This document shows positions 1 to 9,652 of a stretch of 64,000 nt of DNA, in pieces. Each line of letters begins with the position of its first letter. The stretch's first letter is position 1. The notes below the pieces were generated by a model. It saw nothing but the letters and a program-made list of their open reading frames with translations, did not search any database and was not told the DNA's origin. The DNA is from Acetobacteraceae bacterium (GTDB taxonomy: Bacteria; Pseudomonadota; Alphaproteobacteria; Acetobacterales; Acetobacteraceae). The DNA lies in contig CBDHCD010000003.1 in assembly GCA_965260995.1 (NCBI GenBank), positions 1,807,959 to 1,871,958 on the forward strand, in the 5' to 3' direction. The translations under genes and the position numbers were made by a program.

Positions 1-1084
1 TGGCCAGGTCCGACCATTGCCGCTGCGTTTCCATGCCGAGGTGGCGACGTGCTTCCTCAAAGGTGGTTTCAACACGCCAGCGACGGACGAACCAGCGCAG
101 GATGTCCGCCGGGTCGGCATCCAGGTCGGTGCACAGGAACGCCTGCGCTTCCTTCTCACCGCTCGGGTCGCGCACGAGCACCCAGCGGATTGGCACCCGC
201 ATGCCGGGGTGATGCCAAAGCGCTGTGCCGGAGGCGATGTGGAGACGCCGTTCGGTGCGGCCATACCAGCCATCGATGCTGACCTGGCACCAGCGCGTGG
301 CCGGGTTCGCCAGTCGCTGCTTCAGGCTTGGTCGCCGGGCGCCTTTGACCGGTGGTCGCCCGAGCGTGCCGGGCTTGCGCGACGGCGCTGGCTTGTAAAG
401 GCCTGCGTCCAGCCGCAGCCTGGAAACCAAGCATAGGTGCCGGCCCGCCTCGCGCAGCAGTTCGATGGCCGAGAAGCCGCTGTCGGCGACGGCGACCACG
501 CGCCGTCCCGGCAGCCAGCGTGCGGTCTGGAGCAGCCCCTGGCGCGCCCGGTCGGTGAGCTTCTTGTGTCGTCGTCCCTGCTCGGCGGCGTGGCGTTCGG
601 AGGGCGCGAGCACGGTCAAGAACGGCAGCGCCCAAACACAGCCCGCCCAAGGCACGGGGGCGAGCAGCATGACGCACAGCCAACGCAAGCCGCTGGCCTT
701 GACGAAGTGGCCGTGGCTGGAGCGTACGGGATCACGGTAGATGCCGCGCGCCTTGATCTTTGCGCCCCAGCGCCGCTCAATGGTGTCGTCAAGGCCGACC
801 ACGACCGGACCTTCTGGCACCAGGGCAGCAACGAGCAGCAGCAATAGCCGGCGCGCGACGGCGCGTGACGACCAGTGCCCCGTGCTGAGGACGCGATGGT
901 AGACCGCAAAACCCGGTGCCTGGTCGAGACCCATGACGCGCAGCGCCGCCGTGACCGTGCGCCGCCCAGGCGTGAGCAGGCTGCCAGCCACCAGCACCAA
1001 TACGTGGCGCCAGACCGCGGCGGTGAAGGAAGGGGCAAACGGCCGCATCCACGTGGCCAGCACCTCAGGCACGCTCGCCGGCAC
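1..1084 (-). mobile_element. IS4/IS701-like DDE transposase gene. Its C-terminal end runs off the left window edge, so it is absent from the ORF track.
   Basis: Manual minus-strand translation (codons at 2-4, 5-7 ...) gives ...VVGLDDTIERRWGAKIKARGIYRDPVRSSHGHFVKASGLRWL...RRVVAVADSGFSAIELL...DPADILRWFVRRWRVETTFEEARRHLGMETQRQWSDLA. It shows a DDE-type 'GLDDT' motif and an 'RW.VE..F' (YREK-like) motif. An upstream in-frame stop lies at 1145-1147. The start is GTG 1084 (alternatives ATG 1048, TTG 1129). Plus-strand ORFs 17..436 and 437..847 are antisense artefacts. Confidence 0.8.
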
Positions 1085-1140
1085 GACATTGACCTCCGCC
1101 TGCGGCTGCTCCGGGGTGGGGCAACCCAACGGCTGGGGAG

Positions 1141-1431
1141 ATGGTCACGATGGCCGGTGCTGATGCGATGCGCGAGCGGATCGCCGCCCACCCCTGGCCG
1201 CGCGGCGGTGTCGAAGTGGTGCGGGCGAACCGGGGTTACACGCTCTACAGCCGACGCACCGGCGGTCAGATTGCGCGCCTGCGGCCTACGGGCAAAAACA
1301 ACGGCGTGCAGGTCCTGTGGTGGCAACGCGGGGCCTGGGGCGCGCCTGGCCCACTTGGGCCTGTCATTATGTCCCTTGATGACGCGCTCGACTTCATCGC
1401 CACCGAGGGCTTCTTCTGGATCAACGCTTGA
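1141..1431 (+). CDS. Small hypothetical protein, DUF3024-like, divergent from the transposase
   Basis: 96-aa ORF with host-like codon bias. The C-terminal pattern '...IARLRPTGKNNGVQVLWWQRGAWG...SLDDALDFIATEGFFW' resembles the DUF3024 family as I remember it. This is not verified. Confidence 0.4.
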   Translation: MVTMAGADAMRERIAAHPWPRGGVEVVRANRGYTLYSRRTGGQIARLRPTGKNNGVQVLWWQRGAWGAPGPLGPVIMSLDDALDFIATEGFFWINA

Positions 1432-1544
1432 CGCTCACAGCGTCACCAACCGTGCAAAGTCCAGCTTAGTCATCGTCCCGAGCGCAGCGTTTTATTAACC
1501 AATCCCCGGCATCCTGGCCCCGTCATCAAAACGAGGGGCATGAG

Positions 1545-1922
1545 ATGGATCCGACCGACCTCGGAATATTCCATTTAGCGGAACAGAGGCTGGCGTGGGT
1601 GGACCGTCGCCAGAAACTGCTGGCGCAGAACGTCGCCAACGCCAACACGCCCGGATACAAAGCGCGCGACATGGCCCCGTTCGAGGCGGCGCTGGCCGCA
1701 CCGGGCTTGGCGCAGACGTCGCCGCAGCACATGGTCGGCACGGGCCGGGCAGCCGGGGAAGCGCGGCCCAGCCCGCAAGAGCGCTCACCCAACGGAAACG
1801 CCATCTCGGTGGAGCAGCAGCTCGGCTACGTGGCGGACACGGCCGGGATCCAGGAGCTGGCATTGAACCTGCACCGTTCCTACCAGGCCATGATGCGAAC
1901 CGCGTTCGGGCGGGCGGGCTGA
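1545..1922 (+). CDS. flgB: Flagellar basal-body rod protein FlgB
   Basis: 125 aa with an N-terminal rod motif 'RQKLLAQNVANANTPGYKARD'. ATG is preceded by GAGGGG. Confidence 0.93.
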   Translation: MDPTDLGIFHLAEQRLAWVDRRQKLLAQNVANANTPGYKARDMAPFEAALAAPGLAQTSPQHMVGTGRAAGEARPSPQERSPNGNAISVEQQLGYVADTAGIQELALNLHRSYQAMMRTAFGRAG

Positions 1923-1925
1923 GCG

Positions 1926-2333
1926 ATGGACATCACCAAAGCGCTCGCGATCTCGGCGCGCGGCATGGACGCGCAGACGGCCCGGCTGCGCATCATCGCG
2001 GAGAACCTCGCCAACCAGGAGACGACCGGGTCCACGCCCGGCGCCGAGGCCTACCGGCGCAAGGTCATCACGTTCGAGAACCGCTTGGATCAAGCGGCGG
2101 GCGTCGACACCGTGCACGTCAAGCGGGTCGCGCCGGATGAGAGCGAGCAACCGAAAAAGTTCGATCCGTCGCACCCGGCCGCCGACGCGCAAGGCTACGT
2201 GCGGATGCCGAACGTCAACAGCTTCATCGAGGTGATGGACATGCGAGAAGCGCAGCGGAGCTACAGCGCCAACCTGAACGTGCTCGAGGTGACGCGAAGC
2301 ATGCTCACCCGCACGATCGAGTTGCTGAAGTGA
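1926..2333 (+). CDS. flgC: Flagellar basal-body rod protein FlgC
   Basis: 135 aa. Contains 'ISARGMDAQTARLRIIAENLAN' and a C-terminal 'AQRSYSANLNVLEVTRSM' motif. Confidence 0.95.
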   Translation: MDITKALAISARGMDAQTARLRIIAENLANQETTGSTPGAEAYRRKVITFENRLDQAAGVDTVHVKRVAPDESEQPKKFDPSHPAADAQGYVRMPNVNSFIEVMDMREAQRSYSANLNVLEVTRSMLTRTIELLK

Positions 2334-2632
2334 GCACCATCCCGACGCTGACCGTCTCGCCCGCGGGTGCGGCGCAGGCCTACGCCAAGGTGGCCGGCGG
2401 CACCACGGAAGGCGAGCAGGGCTTCGGGGCGGCCCTAGGCCGGGCGCTCGAGGGCGTCGTGAACGCCGGGCACGACGCGGATGCGCAATCGATGCGCGCC
2501 ATCGCGGGTGGCGGCAACCTGACTGAGGTCGCGACCGCGGTGTCGCGGGCGCAGTTGGCGCTGCAGGGCGCCGTGGCGATCCGGGACAAGGTGATCCAGG
2601 CATATCAGGACATCATGCGCATGCCGATCTGA
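2330..2632 (+). CDS. fliE: Flagellar hook-basal body complex protein FliE
   Basis: 100 aa. GTG start overlaps the flgC stop (GTGA). C-terminal 'AVSRAQLALQGAVAIRDKVIQAYQDIMRMPI' is typical of FliE. Confidence 0.9.
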   Translation: MSTIPTLTVSPAGAAQAYAKVAGGTTEGEQGFGAALGRALEGVVNAGHDADAQSMRAIAGGGNLTEVATAVSRAQLALQGAVAIRDKVIQAYQDIMRMPI

Positions 2633-2753
2633 TGCCGGGCCGCCGTCGCGGACCTTGGCCGGAGCGGATCGGCGACGGCTCCAGCTTTCGGCGAGGATCA
2701 TACCGGCGGCATTGGCGCGTGCAGCGATCCCGTGCGCATCAGGGCAGGTCAGC

Positions 2754-3026
2754 ATGAGTGAGACGACCGCGGCGGCGGCGCTGTTCGACACCCTTTGGCT
2801 GGTCTTGAAGCTGGGCGGGCCGATGCTGGTCGCGGCGTTGGCGGTGGGGTTGATCGTCTCCTTGGTGCAGGCGATCACGCAGATCAACGAGCCGACGCTC
2901 GTGTTCCTGCCGAAAGTGCTCGTGCTCGGGGGCGTGCTCGCGTTGCTCGGGCCTTTCATGACCGGGCAGCTGGTCGGGTTCACCCAGGTGCTGATGGATC
3001 GGGTCGTGGCCGTGGGGGGGCAATGA
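2754..3026 (+). CDS. fliQ: Flagellar export apparatus protein FliQ
   Basis: Internal ATG of ORF 2655..3026 gives a 90-aa two-TM protein, 'LKLGGPMLVAALAVGLIVSLVQAITQINEPTLVFLPKV'. The 33-aa upstream extension is not FliQ-like. Confidence 0.9.
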   Translation: MSETTAAAALFDTLWLVLKLGGPMLVAALAVGLIVSLVQAITQINEPTLVFLPKVLVLGGVLALLGPFMTGQLVGFTQVLMDRVVAVGGQ

Positions 3027-3069
3027 ACACTCCTGGAGCCGCGCCTGGGATTGTTCCTGAGGCGGCGCG

Positions 3070-3840
3070 GTGACCGACGCCGAGCTGCTCGATGGCTTAC
3101 CGGGGCTGTCCTTCGCGTTCGCGTTGGTGGTGAGCCGGACGGGGGCCGCCGTCATGCTGTTGCCGGGGCTGGGCGAATCGGAGCCGCCGGCCACCGTGCG
3201 CGCCGGGTTGACCTTGGCGATCAGCTTGCTGTTGCTTCCGAGCATCGCGCCGCTGGTGCCGGAAGCGGCGGCGGGTTGGGGCAGCGTCGGCATGATCGCG
3301 GCCGAGCTGCTGGCGGGCGCGACCCTGGGCTGGCTGGCGCGGCTGCCCGTGCTGGCGCTGTCGATGGCCGGCGCCGTGATCTCGTATATGGCCGGCCTGA
3401 GCAGCGTCGTGCAGCCGGACCCATCCCTGGGAGGCCAGTCGGCGGCGCTGTCGCGGCTGTTCGGCATCATGGCGCCGATGCTGATCCTCTCGAGTGGGCT
3501 TTACGCGTTGCCGTTGTCGGCGCTGGCCAGCAGCTATCAGGTGATCCCGCCCGGCGCACTCATGCCGGTGGAGCCGACGGCCGAGATGGTGCAGCAGGCG
3601 GTCTCGGCTGCGTTCGGCTTGTCGATCCGGCTCGCGGCGCCGTTCATCCTGGCGGGAATGCTGTTCCAGGCCGGGCTCGGGCTGCTGGCGCGGCTGGTGC
3701 CGCAACTCCAGGTGTATTCCGCGGCCGCGCCGGGCCAGATCCTCGGCGGGCTGTTGTTGCTCGGGTTGCTGGCCGCGCCGTTGCTGACCGCCTGGTTCGA
3801 AACCGTGTCGTCCGCCTGGACGTCGCTGCCGGGGCTGTAG
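3070..3840 (+). CDS. fliR: Flagellar export apparatus protein FliR
   Basis: 256-aa polytopic membrane protein with a GTG start. Position between fliQ and flhB and overall hydrophobic pattern fit FliR. Confidence 0.88.
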   Translation: MTDAELLDGLPGLSFAFALVVSRTGAAVMLLPGLGESEPPATVRAGLTLAISLLLLPSIAPLVPEAAAGWGSVGMIAAELLAGATLGWLARLPVLALSMAGAVISYMAGLSSVVQPDPSLGGQSAALSRLFGIMAPMLILSSGLYALPLSALASSYQVIPPGALMPVEPTAEMVQQAVSAAFGLSIRLAAPFILAGMLFQAGLGLLARLVPQLQVYSAAAPGQILGGLLLLGLLAAPLLTAWFETVSSAWTSLPGL

Positions 3841-3843
3841 GTC

Positions 3844-4902
3844 ATGGCGGAGAGCGAAGATCGGACGCAGGCCCCCAGTGAACGGCGGCTGGCGAAAGCG
3901 CGGGAAGAGGGGCAGGCGCCGCTCTCGCGCGAGCTGGTGGTCGCCTCCGGGCTCGCGGCGGCGACGCTGACGCTGATGCTGGCCGGGCCGGCGATCACTC
4001 GGGCTCTCGCTATGGCGTTGCGCGACATGCTGGCGACGCCCTACGCCTCCCCGGGTGACGCGCTTCGGCGCGCCGGCCTGGCGTGGTTCGGCGCCGCCGG
4101 GCCGTTGATGGCGGCGGTGGGGCTGGCGGGCGTGTCGGGCGTGCTGCTGCAGACGGGGTTCCTGGTGCATGGCGGGGCGGCGAAGCCTGACTTGGCCCGG
4201 CTGGACCCGCGCCGAGGATTGAAGCGCGTGTTCGGCGTCAACAACGCGGCCGAGGCGGTCAAGGCGTTGCTGAAGCTCTGCATCCTGGGCTGGACCATCT
4301 ACGCGGCGATGGGGACGGTGTGGCCGTTGCTGCCAAGAACGGCGTCGTGGCCGCCGATGATGGTGGTGGAGCGGTTCGGACGCGACCTGTCGCATCTCAT
4401 GCTGCTGGTGTTGGGCTGCCAGGTGGGCTTGACGGTGCTGGACGTCGCTTGGACGCGATGGCGCTTCACCCAGAAGCTGCGCATGAGCCGTGAGGACCTG
4501 AAGCAGGAGCACCGCGACTCCGAAGGCGACCCGCACGTCAAAGGTCGCCTGCGCCAATTGCGCCAAGCGCGGTCGCGCCGGCGGATGCTGGCGGCGGTGG
4601 CGAAGGCGACCGTGGTCGTCACCAACCCGACGCACTATGCGATCGCCCTGGCCTACGAGCGCGGTACCAACGCCGCGCCGCGCGTGGTCGCCAAAGGCGT
4701 GGACGAGGTCGCGGCGCGCATCAGGGCGGCAGCGCAGAAAGCTGGGGTGCCGCTGGTCGCGAACCCACCGCTGGCGCGAGCCCTCTACGCGACGAAGCTC
4801 GATTCGGAGGTGCCGGCCGAGCATTTCCGGGCCGTGGCCGAGATCATCGCCTATGTCTGGCGGCTGCGCGGGCGCTTGGCCGGTGGTTCGCCGGGCCGAT
4901 GA
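3844..4902 (+). CDS. flhB: Flagellar export switch protein FlhB
   Basis: 352 aa. N-terminal 'EDRTQAPSERRLAKAREEGQ' and autocleavage motif 'VVTNPTHYAIAL'. Confidence 0.95.
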   Translation: MAESEDRTQAPSERRLAKAREEGQAPLSRELVVASGLAAATLTLMLAGPAITRALAMALRDMLATPYASPGDALRRAGLAWFGAAGPLMAAVGLAGVSGVLLQTGFLVHGGAAKPDLARLDPRRGLKRVFGVNNAAEAVKALLKLCILGWTIYAAMGTVWPLLPRTASWPPMMVVERFGRDLSHLMLLVLGCQVGLTVLDVAWTRWRFTQKLRMSREDLKQEHRDSEGDPHVKGRLRQLRQARSRRRMLAAVAKATVVVTNPTHYAIALAYERGTNAAPRVVAKGVDEVAARIRAAAQKAGVPLVANPPLARALYATKLDSEVPAEHFRAVAEIIAYVWRLRGRLAGGSPGR

Positions 4903-4909
4903 CGCTTGC

Positions 4910-4924
4910 GTTCACGTCTTGTTC
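4910..4924. promoter_or_regulatory. Alphaproteobacterial LexA (SOS) box GTTC-N7-GTTC upstream of recA
   Basis: The sequence gttcacgtcttgttc matches GTTC-N7-GTTC exactly. It lies about 170 bp upstream of the recA ATG. Confidence 0.65.
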
Positions 4925-5096
4925 TCGTGTAGATCGATCGCAAATAGGAAGTCGCCGCCACGAACGCAGGTTGCTGGTGAGCGGGCGTCGGCCGCGACGT
5001 CAAGTTTAAGATGACATGAGTGTGGTCAGCAGCACATCCTATCGTTACGATCCCTCCCTTCGCTGACGAGACCGCGCCGAGACGCAAGGATAGAAC

Positions 5097-6137
5097 ATGG
5101 ACAAGAGCAAGGCCCTGGATGCCGCGTTGACGCAGATCGAACGGGCGTTCGGCAAGGGGTCGATCATGCGAATGGGCGCCAAGGCGGGCGACCAGGCGAT
5201 CGAGACGATCCCGTCCGGCTCACTGGGGCTTGACCTGGCGCTAGGCATCGGCGGATTGCCGCGGGGCCGGATCGTCGAGATTTACGGTCCCGAGAGTTCG
5301 GGCAAGACGACCTTGGCGCTGCACGCCATCGCCGAGGCGCAGCGCCGGGGCGGGACGTGCGCGTTCATCGATGCGGAGCACGCGCTCGACCCAATATACG
5401 CGCGCAAGCTGGGGGTGGACGTTGATAACCTGCTGCTCAGCCAGCCGGACGGGGGCGAGCAGGCCCTGGAGATCTGCGACACGCTGGTGCGGTCGGGCGC
5501 GGTGGACGTGTTGGTGCTGGACAGCGTCGCGGCGCTGGTGCCGCGGGCCGAACTGGAAGGCGAGATGGGCGACAGCCACGTGGGCCTGCACGCGCGGCTG
5601 ATGAGCCAGGCGTTGCGCAAGCTCACGGGCAGTGTGTCGAAATCGCGGACGATGCTGATCTTCCTCAACCAGATCCGGCTGAAGATCGGCGTGATGTTCG
5701 GCAATCCGGAAACGACGACCGGGGGCAACGCACTCAAGTTCTACGCGTCGATCCGCATGGAGATCCGGCGGATTGGGGCGATCAAGGAACGAGACGATGT
5801 GGTGGGCAATCAGACGCGGGTGAAGGTGGTCAAGAACAAGCTGGCGCCGCCATTCCGGCAGGTCGAGTTCGACATCATGTACGGCGAAGGCATCAGCAAG
5901 GTGGGCGAACTGGTCGATCTCGGGGTGAAAGCCAACATCGTCGAGAAGTCAGGGGCGTGGTTCAGCTACGACAGCACGCGGATTGGCCAAGGCCGGGAAA
6001 ACGCCAAGCAGTTCCTGCGTGATCATGGCGAGATGGCGGAGGCGATCGAGCGCCGGGTCCGGGAACAATCGGGCGTGGTGGCGAACACGATGCTGGCGCC
6101 GCCGTCGGAACAGGAAGACGCAGACGCGGCGGATTAG
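5097..6137 (+). CDS. recA: Recombinase RecA
   Basis: 346 aa. Contains '[18 protein letters not shown]', Walker A 'GPESSGKTT' and '[28 protein letters not shown]'. Confidence 0.99.
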   Translation: MDKSKALDAALTQIERAFGKGSIMRMGAKAGDQAIETIPSGSLGLDLALGIGGLPRGRIVEIYGPESSGKTTLALHAIAEAQRRGGTCAFIDAEHALDPIYARKLGVDVDNLLLSQPDGGEQALEICDTLVRSGAVDVLVLDSVAALVPRAELEGEMGDSHVGLHARLMSQALRKLTGSVSKSRTMLIFLNQIRLKIGVMFGNPETTTGGNALKFYASIRMEIRRIGAIKERDDVVGNQTRVKVVKNKLAPPFRQVEFDIMYGEGISKVGELVDLGVKANIVEKSGAWFSYDSTRIGQGRENAKQFLRDHGEMAEAIERRVREQSGVVANTMLAPPSEQEDADAAD

Positions 6138-6208
6138 GGTTGGACCAGGGTTCGGCCCCGGCCCTGGTTCCGGCCTCGGCCGTCACCGGGGCGCTGCCCT
6201 TGTCGGCG

Positions 6209-6604
6209 ATGGACGAGGCGTTGGTCGCGGCCGCCCGCGCGGTGCTCCTGCGGCATTACCGGCCATTCTGGCACACGGTGTCGGCGGCGATCCGCAGCCG
6301 GGACGGTCGAATCTGGACGGGGCTGCACCTCGGGGCGACCGTCGGGCGGCTGTCGATCTGCGCCGAGGCGATCGCGTTGGGTCGGGCGGTGATGGACGGT
6401 GACGGCACGGTCGAGTGCGCGGTCGCGTTGCGGCACCCGAAGCCGGAGGAGCACGGGCAGGAGATCGCCATCGTCCCGCCCTGCGGCGCGTGTCGCGAGA
6501 ACCTGATGGACTATGATCCGGAGGCTTACGTTATCGTCCGGACGGGCGGCGGGACGTGCAAGGTGCCCGTTCGCTCGATGCTGCCCCTGCCCTACCAGCG
6601 CTGA
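6209..6604 (+). CDS. Cytidine/blasticidin-S deaminase-like zinc deaminase
   Basis: Motifs 'CAE' and 'PCGACRE' sit at the spacing seen in small CDA/BSD enzymes. I chose the internal ATG 6209. The ORF track starts at TTG 6140, giving a 23-aa Ala/Pro-rich extension. Confidence 0.7.
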   Translation: MDEALVAAARAVLLRHYRPFWHTVSAAIRSRDGRIWTGLHLGATVGRLSICAEAIALGRAVMDGDGTVECAVALRHPKPEEHGQEIAIVPPCGACRENLMDYDPEAYVIVRTGGGTCKVPVRSMLPLPYQR

Positions 6605-6691
6605 CGGTCGGGCCCGCGACGCGGCGCGAGCCTTCGCACTTTTTCGGTGCGGCCGGGCGGAACAAAGGGGGGTCAGCTGCGTTCCTCGTGC

Positions 6692-6925
6692 ATGAGCAAC
6701 AATCCCAAGACACCAACGGACGAGCAGGCGACGCCGTCGAACGTTGAGAAAGACCCGCACGACTGGACCACCGGTGGCGAGAGCATGACGGGGGCGCAGG
6801 CGAGCTACCTGAAAACGCTTTGCGAAGAAGCCGGGGAGGCGTTCGACGAGACGCTGAGCAAGGCCGACGCCTCGCTCAAGATCGACGAGTTGCAGGGGAA
6901 AACGGGTCGCGGCCGGGATCACTGA
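6692..6925 (+). CDS. DUF3072 domain protein
   Basis: 'DPHDWTTGGESMTGAQASYLKTLCEEAGEAFDETLSKADASLKIDELQ' matches the DUF3072 signature as I recall it. I chose ATG 6692; the ORF track starts at 6647. Confidence 0.7.
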   Translation: MSNNPKTPTDEQATPSNVEKDPHDWTTGGESMTGAQASYLKTLCEEAGEAFDETLSKADASLKIDELQGKTGRGRDH

Positions 6926-7009
6926 CCCGGTCGTCCGCGGTATGGATGACACCGCACCATCCTGGGTCTAAATAGCGCCGGGTCCATTCACAGGAAAATC
7001 TGGCGCGTT

Positions 7010-9652
7010 ATGGCCACGAGCAACGACATCCGCGCGACGTTCCTCAACTATTTCGCACGGAACGAACATGAGGTGGTGCCCAGCAGTCCGCTGGTGCCGC
7101 GCAACGATCCGACGCTGTTGTTCACCAACAGCGGCATGGTTCAGTTCAAGAACGTGTTCACCGGCCAGGAGCGGCGCGGCTACGAACGGGCGACGACGGC
7201 GCAGAAATGCGTTCGGGCGGGCGGCAAGCACAACGACCTCGATAACGTCGGCTACACGGCGCGGCACCATACCTTCTTCGAGATGCTGGGCAATTTCAGC
7301 TTCGGCAACTATTTCAAGCCGGATGCGATCGAGTTCGCTTGGGGATTGCTGACGCGAGACTTCGGTTTGCCCGGGGATAAGCTGCTGGTCACGGTTTATT
7401 CCGACGACGAGGACGCCGCGGCGCTTTGGCGCAAGGTCGCCGGCTTGCCGGACGATCGCATCATCCGGATCGGGACGTCGGATAATTTCTGGCGCATGGG
7501 GGACACCGGGCCGTGCGGACCTTGCTCGGAGATCTTCTACGATCACGGCCCGTCCGTGCCGGGCGGACCACCTGGATCGCCGGATGAGAACGGCGACCGG
7601 TTCATCGAGATCTGGAATTTGGTGTTCATGCAGTTCGAGGAAGGGCCGCCCGGGGTGCGCGAGCCCCTGCCCCGGCCCTCGATCGATACCGGTCTCGGAC
7701 TCGAGCGGTTTGCGGCCATCTTGCAAGGCAAGCACGACAATTATGATACTGACACGTTGCGGGCGCTGATCCTGGCCAGCGCCCAGGCGACGGGACAGGC
7801 GCCGGACGGGCCGTTCAAGACCAGCCATCGGGTGGTGGCCGACCATCTGCGCAGCACGGCGTTCCTGATCGCGGATGGTGTGCTGCCGGCGAAGGACGGG
7901 CGGGGTTACGTGCTGCGGCGGATCATGCGCCGGGCGATGCGCCATCTGCACCTGATGGGCACGACGACCGCGCTGTTTCACACGCTGCTCCCGGCCCTGA
8001 TACGGCAGATGGGCGCCGCTTATCCCGAACTGCCACGCGCAGAGGCGCTGATCCGCGAAACGATGCGGCTGGAAGAGGAACGGTTCAAGGCGATGCTCGA
8101 TCGAGGGCTCGGGTTGCTTTCGGAAGAAACGGTCCGGCTCGGCGAAGGGGGCGTCCTGTCGGGAGATGTCGCGTTTAAGCTGTATGATACGTTCGGGTTC
8201 CCGCTCGACCTGACCCAGGACGCGCTACGCGAGCAGGGGCTTGGGGTCGATCTGGCCGGGTTCGAGGCAGCCATGGCGGAACAGCGCACGCGGGCGCGGG
8301 CCGCGTGGACGGGGACGGGCGACGCGGCGACGGAGCAGGTGTGGTTTGACCTGCGCGAGGCGGTGGGAGCGACCGAGTTTCTTGGCTACGCGACCGAGGC
8401 GGCTGAGGGCGAGATCCAGGGATTGGTGGTGGACGGCGCGGCGGTGGAGCAGGCTTCGGCCGGCACGGCAGTGGCCTTGGTTCTGAACCAGACGCCGTTC
8501 TATGCCGAGAGTGGCGGCCAAGTCGGCGACGCCGGACAAATCACCGGTCCGGATGGCCTGGTGATCCGCATCGAGGACACGCAGAAGAAGCTCGGTGACG
8601 TGTTCCTTCATCTAGGCGTCGTCGAGGATGGCGCGGCGCGGGTCGGCATGGCGGTCGCGGCGGAGGTGGACCATGCCCGGCGCAGCGCGATCCGGTCGCA
8701 TCACAGCGCGACGCACCTGTTGCACGCGGCACTGCGCCGTCGGCTCGGCGCGCACGTGACGCAGAAGGGCAGCCTGAACGCGCCGAACCGGCTGCGATTC
8801 GACGTGAGCCAGCCGACGCCGATCGGGCGCGACGATCTCGCCGCGGTGGAAGCGGAGGTCAACGCCGAGATCCGCGGCAACACCGAGGTCGGGACCCAGC
8901 TGATGACCCCCGATGCCGCCGTGCAGGAAGGCGCGATGGCCCTGTTCGGTGAGAAGTATGGTGATGAAGTGCGCGTCGTCTCGATGGGCGATCGTTCGTT
9001 GGATGGGGCGAAGGCCTACTCGGTCGAGCTGTGCGGCGGCACGCACGTGCGACGGACCGGGGACATTGGACTGTTCCGGATCGTCGGCGAGGGGGCCGTG
9101 AGTTCGGGGGTGCGGCGGATCGAGGCAGTGACCGGCGAGGCGGCGCTGGCCTTGATGGCGGAGAACGATCGCACCTTGGCCGAGGCTGCCGCCTTGTTGC
9201 GGGTCAGCCCGGGCGAAGTGCTGGAGCGCATCGGGCAATTGCAGGAGGATCGGCAACGGCTCGAGCGGCAGGTGGCGGAGCTGCAGAGGAAGGTGGCGCT
9301 CGGCGGGGTGGCTGCCGAGATCGAGCAGTTGGGTGGCGTGGCGTTGGCGGCGCGCAACCTGGGCGACGTGCCGCCGAAGGACCTCAAGGGCATGGCGGAG
9401 GCGATCGGCACCGGGTTGGGAAGCGGCGTGGTCGCGGTCGTATCGACCGCCGAGGGCAAGGCCAGCATCGTGGTGCGCGTCAGCGAAGACCTCACGGCCC
9501 GGTTCAGCGCGATCGACCTCGTGCGGCGGGCGAGCGCCGCCGTGGGCGGGAAAGGCGGCGGCGGGCGGCCCGACTTGGCGCAGGCGGGCGGGCCGAACGG
9601 GGCGCAGGTGGACGCGGCGCTGGAGGCGATCCGGACGGCGGTGGCGGCGTGA
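7010..9652 (+). CDS. alaS: Alanine--tRNA ligase
   Basis: 880 aa. Contains '[37 protein letters not shown]', '[18 protein letters not shown]'-type motifs and an editing-domain 'HSATHLLH'. Confidence 0.99.
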   Translation: MATSNDIRATFLNYFARNEHEVVPSSPLVPRNDPTLLFTNSGMVQFKNVFTGQERRGYERATTAQKCVRAGGKHNDLDNVGYTARHHTFFEMLGNFSFGNYFKPDAIEFAWGLLTRDFGLPGDKLLVTVYSDDEDAAALWRKVAGLPDDRIIRIGTSDNFWRMGDTGPCGPCSEIFYDHGPSVPGGPPGSPDENGDRFIEIWNLVFMQFEEGPPGVREPLPRPSIDTGLGLERFAAILQGKHDNYDTDTLRALILASAQATGQAPDGPFKTSHRVVADHLRSTAFLIADGVLPAKDGRGYVLRRIMRRAMRHLHLMGTTTALFHTLLPALIRQMGAAYPELPRAEALIRETMRLEEERFKAMLDRGLGLLSEETVRLGEGGVLSGDVAFKLYDTFGFPLDLTQDALREQGLGVDLAGFEAAMAEQRTRARAAWTGTGDAATEQVWFDLREAVGATEFLGYATEAAEGEIQGLVVDGAAVEQASAGTAVALVLNQTPFYAESGGQVGDAGQITGPDGLVIRIEDTQKKLGDVFLHLGVVEDGAARVGMAVAAEVDHARRSAIRSHHSATHLLHAALRRRLGAHVTQKGSLNAPNRLRFDVSQPTPIGRDDLAAVEAEVNAEIRGNTEVGTQLMTPDAAVQEGAMALFGEKYGDEVRVVSMGDRSLDGAKAYSVELCGGTHVRRTGDIGLFRIVGEGAVSSGVRRIEAVTGEAALALMAENDRTLAEAAALLRVSPGEVLERIGQLQEDRQRLERQVAELQRKVALGGVAAEIEQLGGVALAARNLGDVPPKDLKGMAEAIGTGLGSGVVAVVSTAEGKASIVVRVSEDLTARFSAIDLVRRASAAVGGKGGGGRPDLAQAGGPNGAQVDAALEAIRTAVAA

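Noticed and set aside
17-847. Plus-strand ORFs 17..436, 49..282, 352..558 and 437..847 at the left edge
   Set aside because: They are antisense to the manually translated DDE transposase frame, which carries clear transposase motifs. Their own sequences are low-complexity.
1432-1544. Search for a sigma-54 (TGGCAC-N5-TTGC) or flagellar promoter upstream of flgB
   Set aside because: There is no convincing GG-N10-GC match. 'ggcatcctggcccc' lacks the TGC element. I make no call.
3097-4824. 575-aa minus-strand ORF opposite fliR/flhB, and similar long antisense ORFs at 15562..17652, 41783..43435, 43423..44925 and 52601..54418
   Set aside because: All have Arg/Gln/Pro/His-rich low-complexity composition. 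Each is antisense to a gene with strong family motifs, and none has a family signature of its own.
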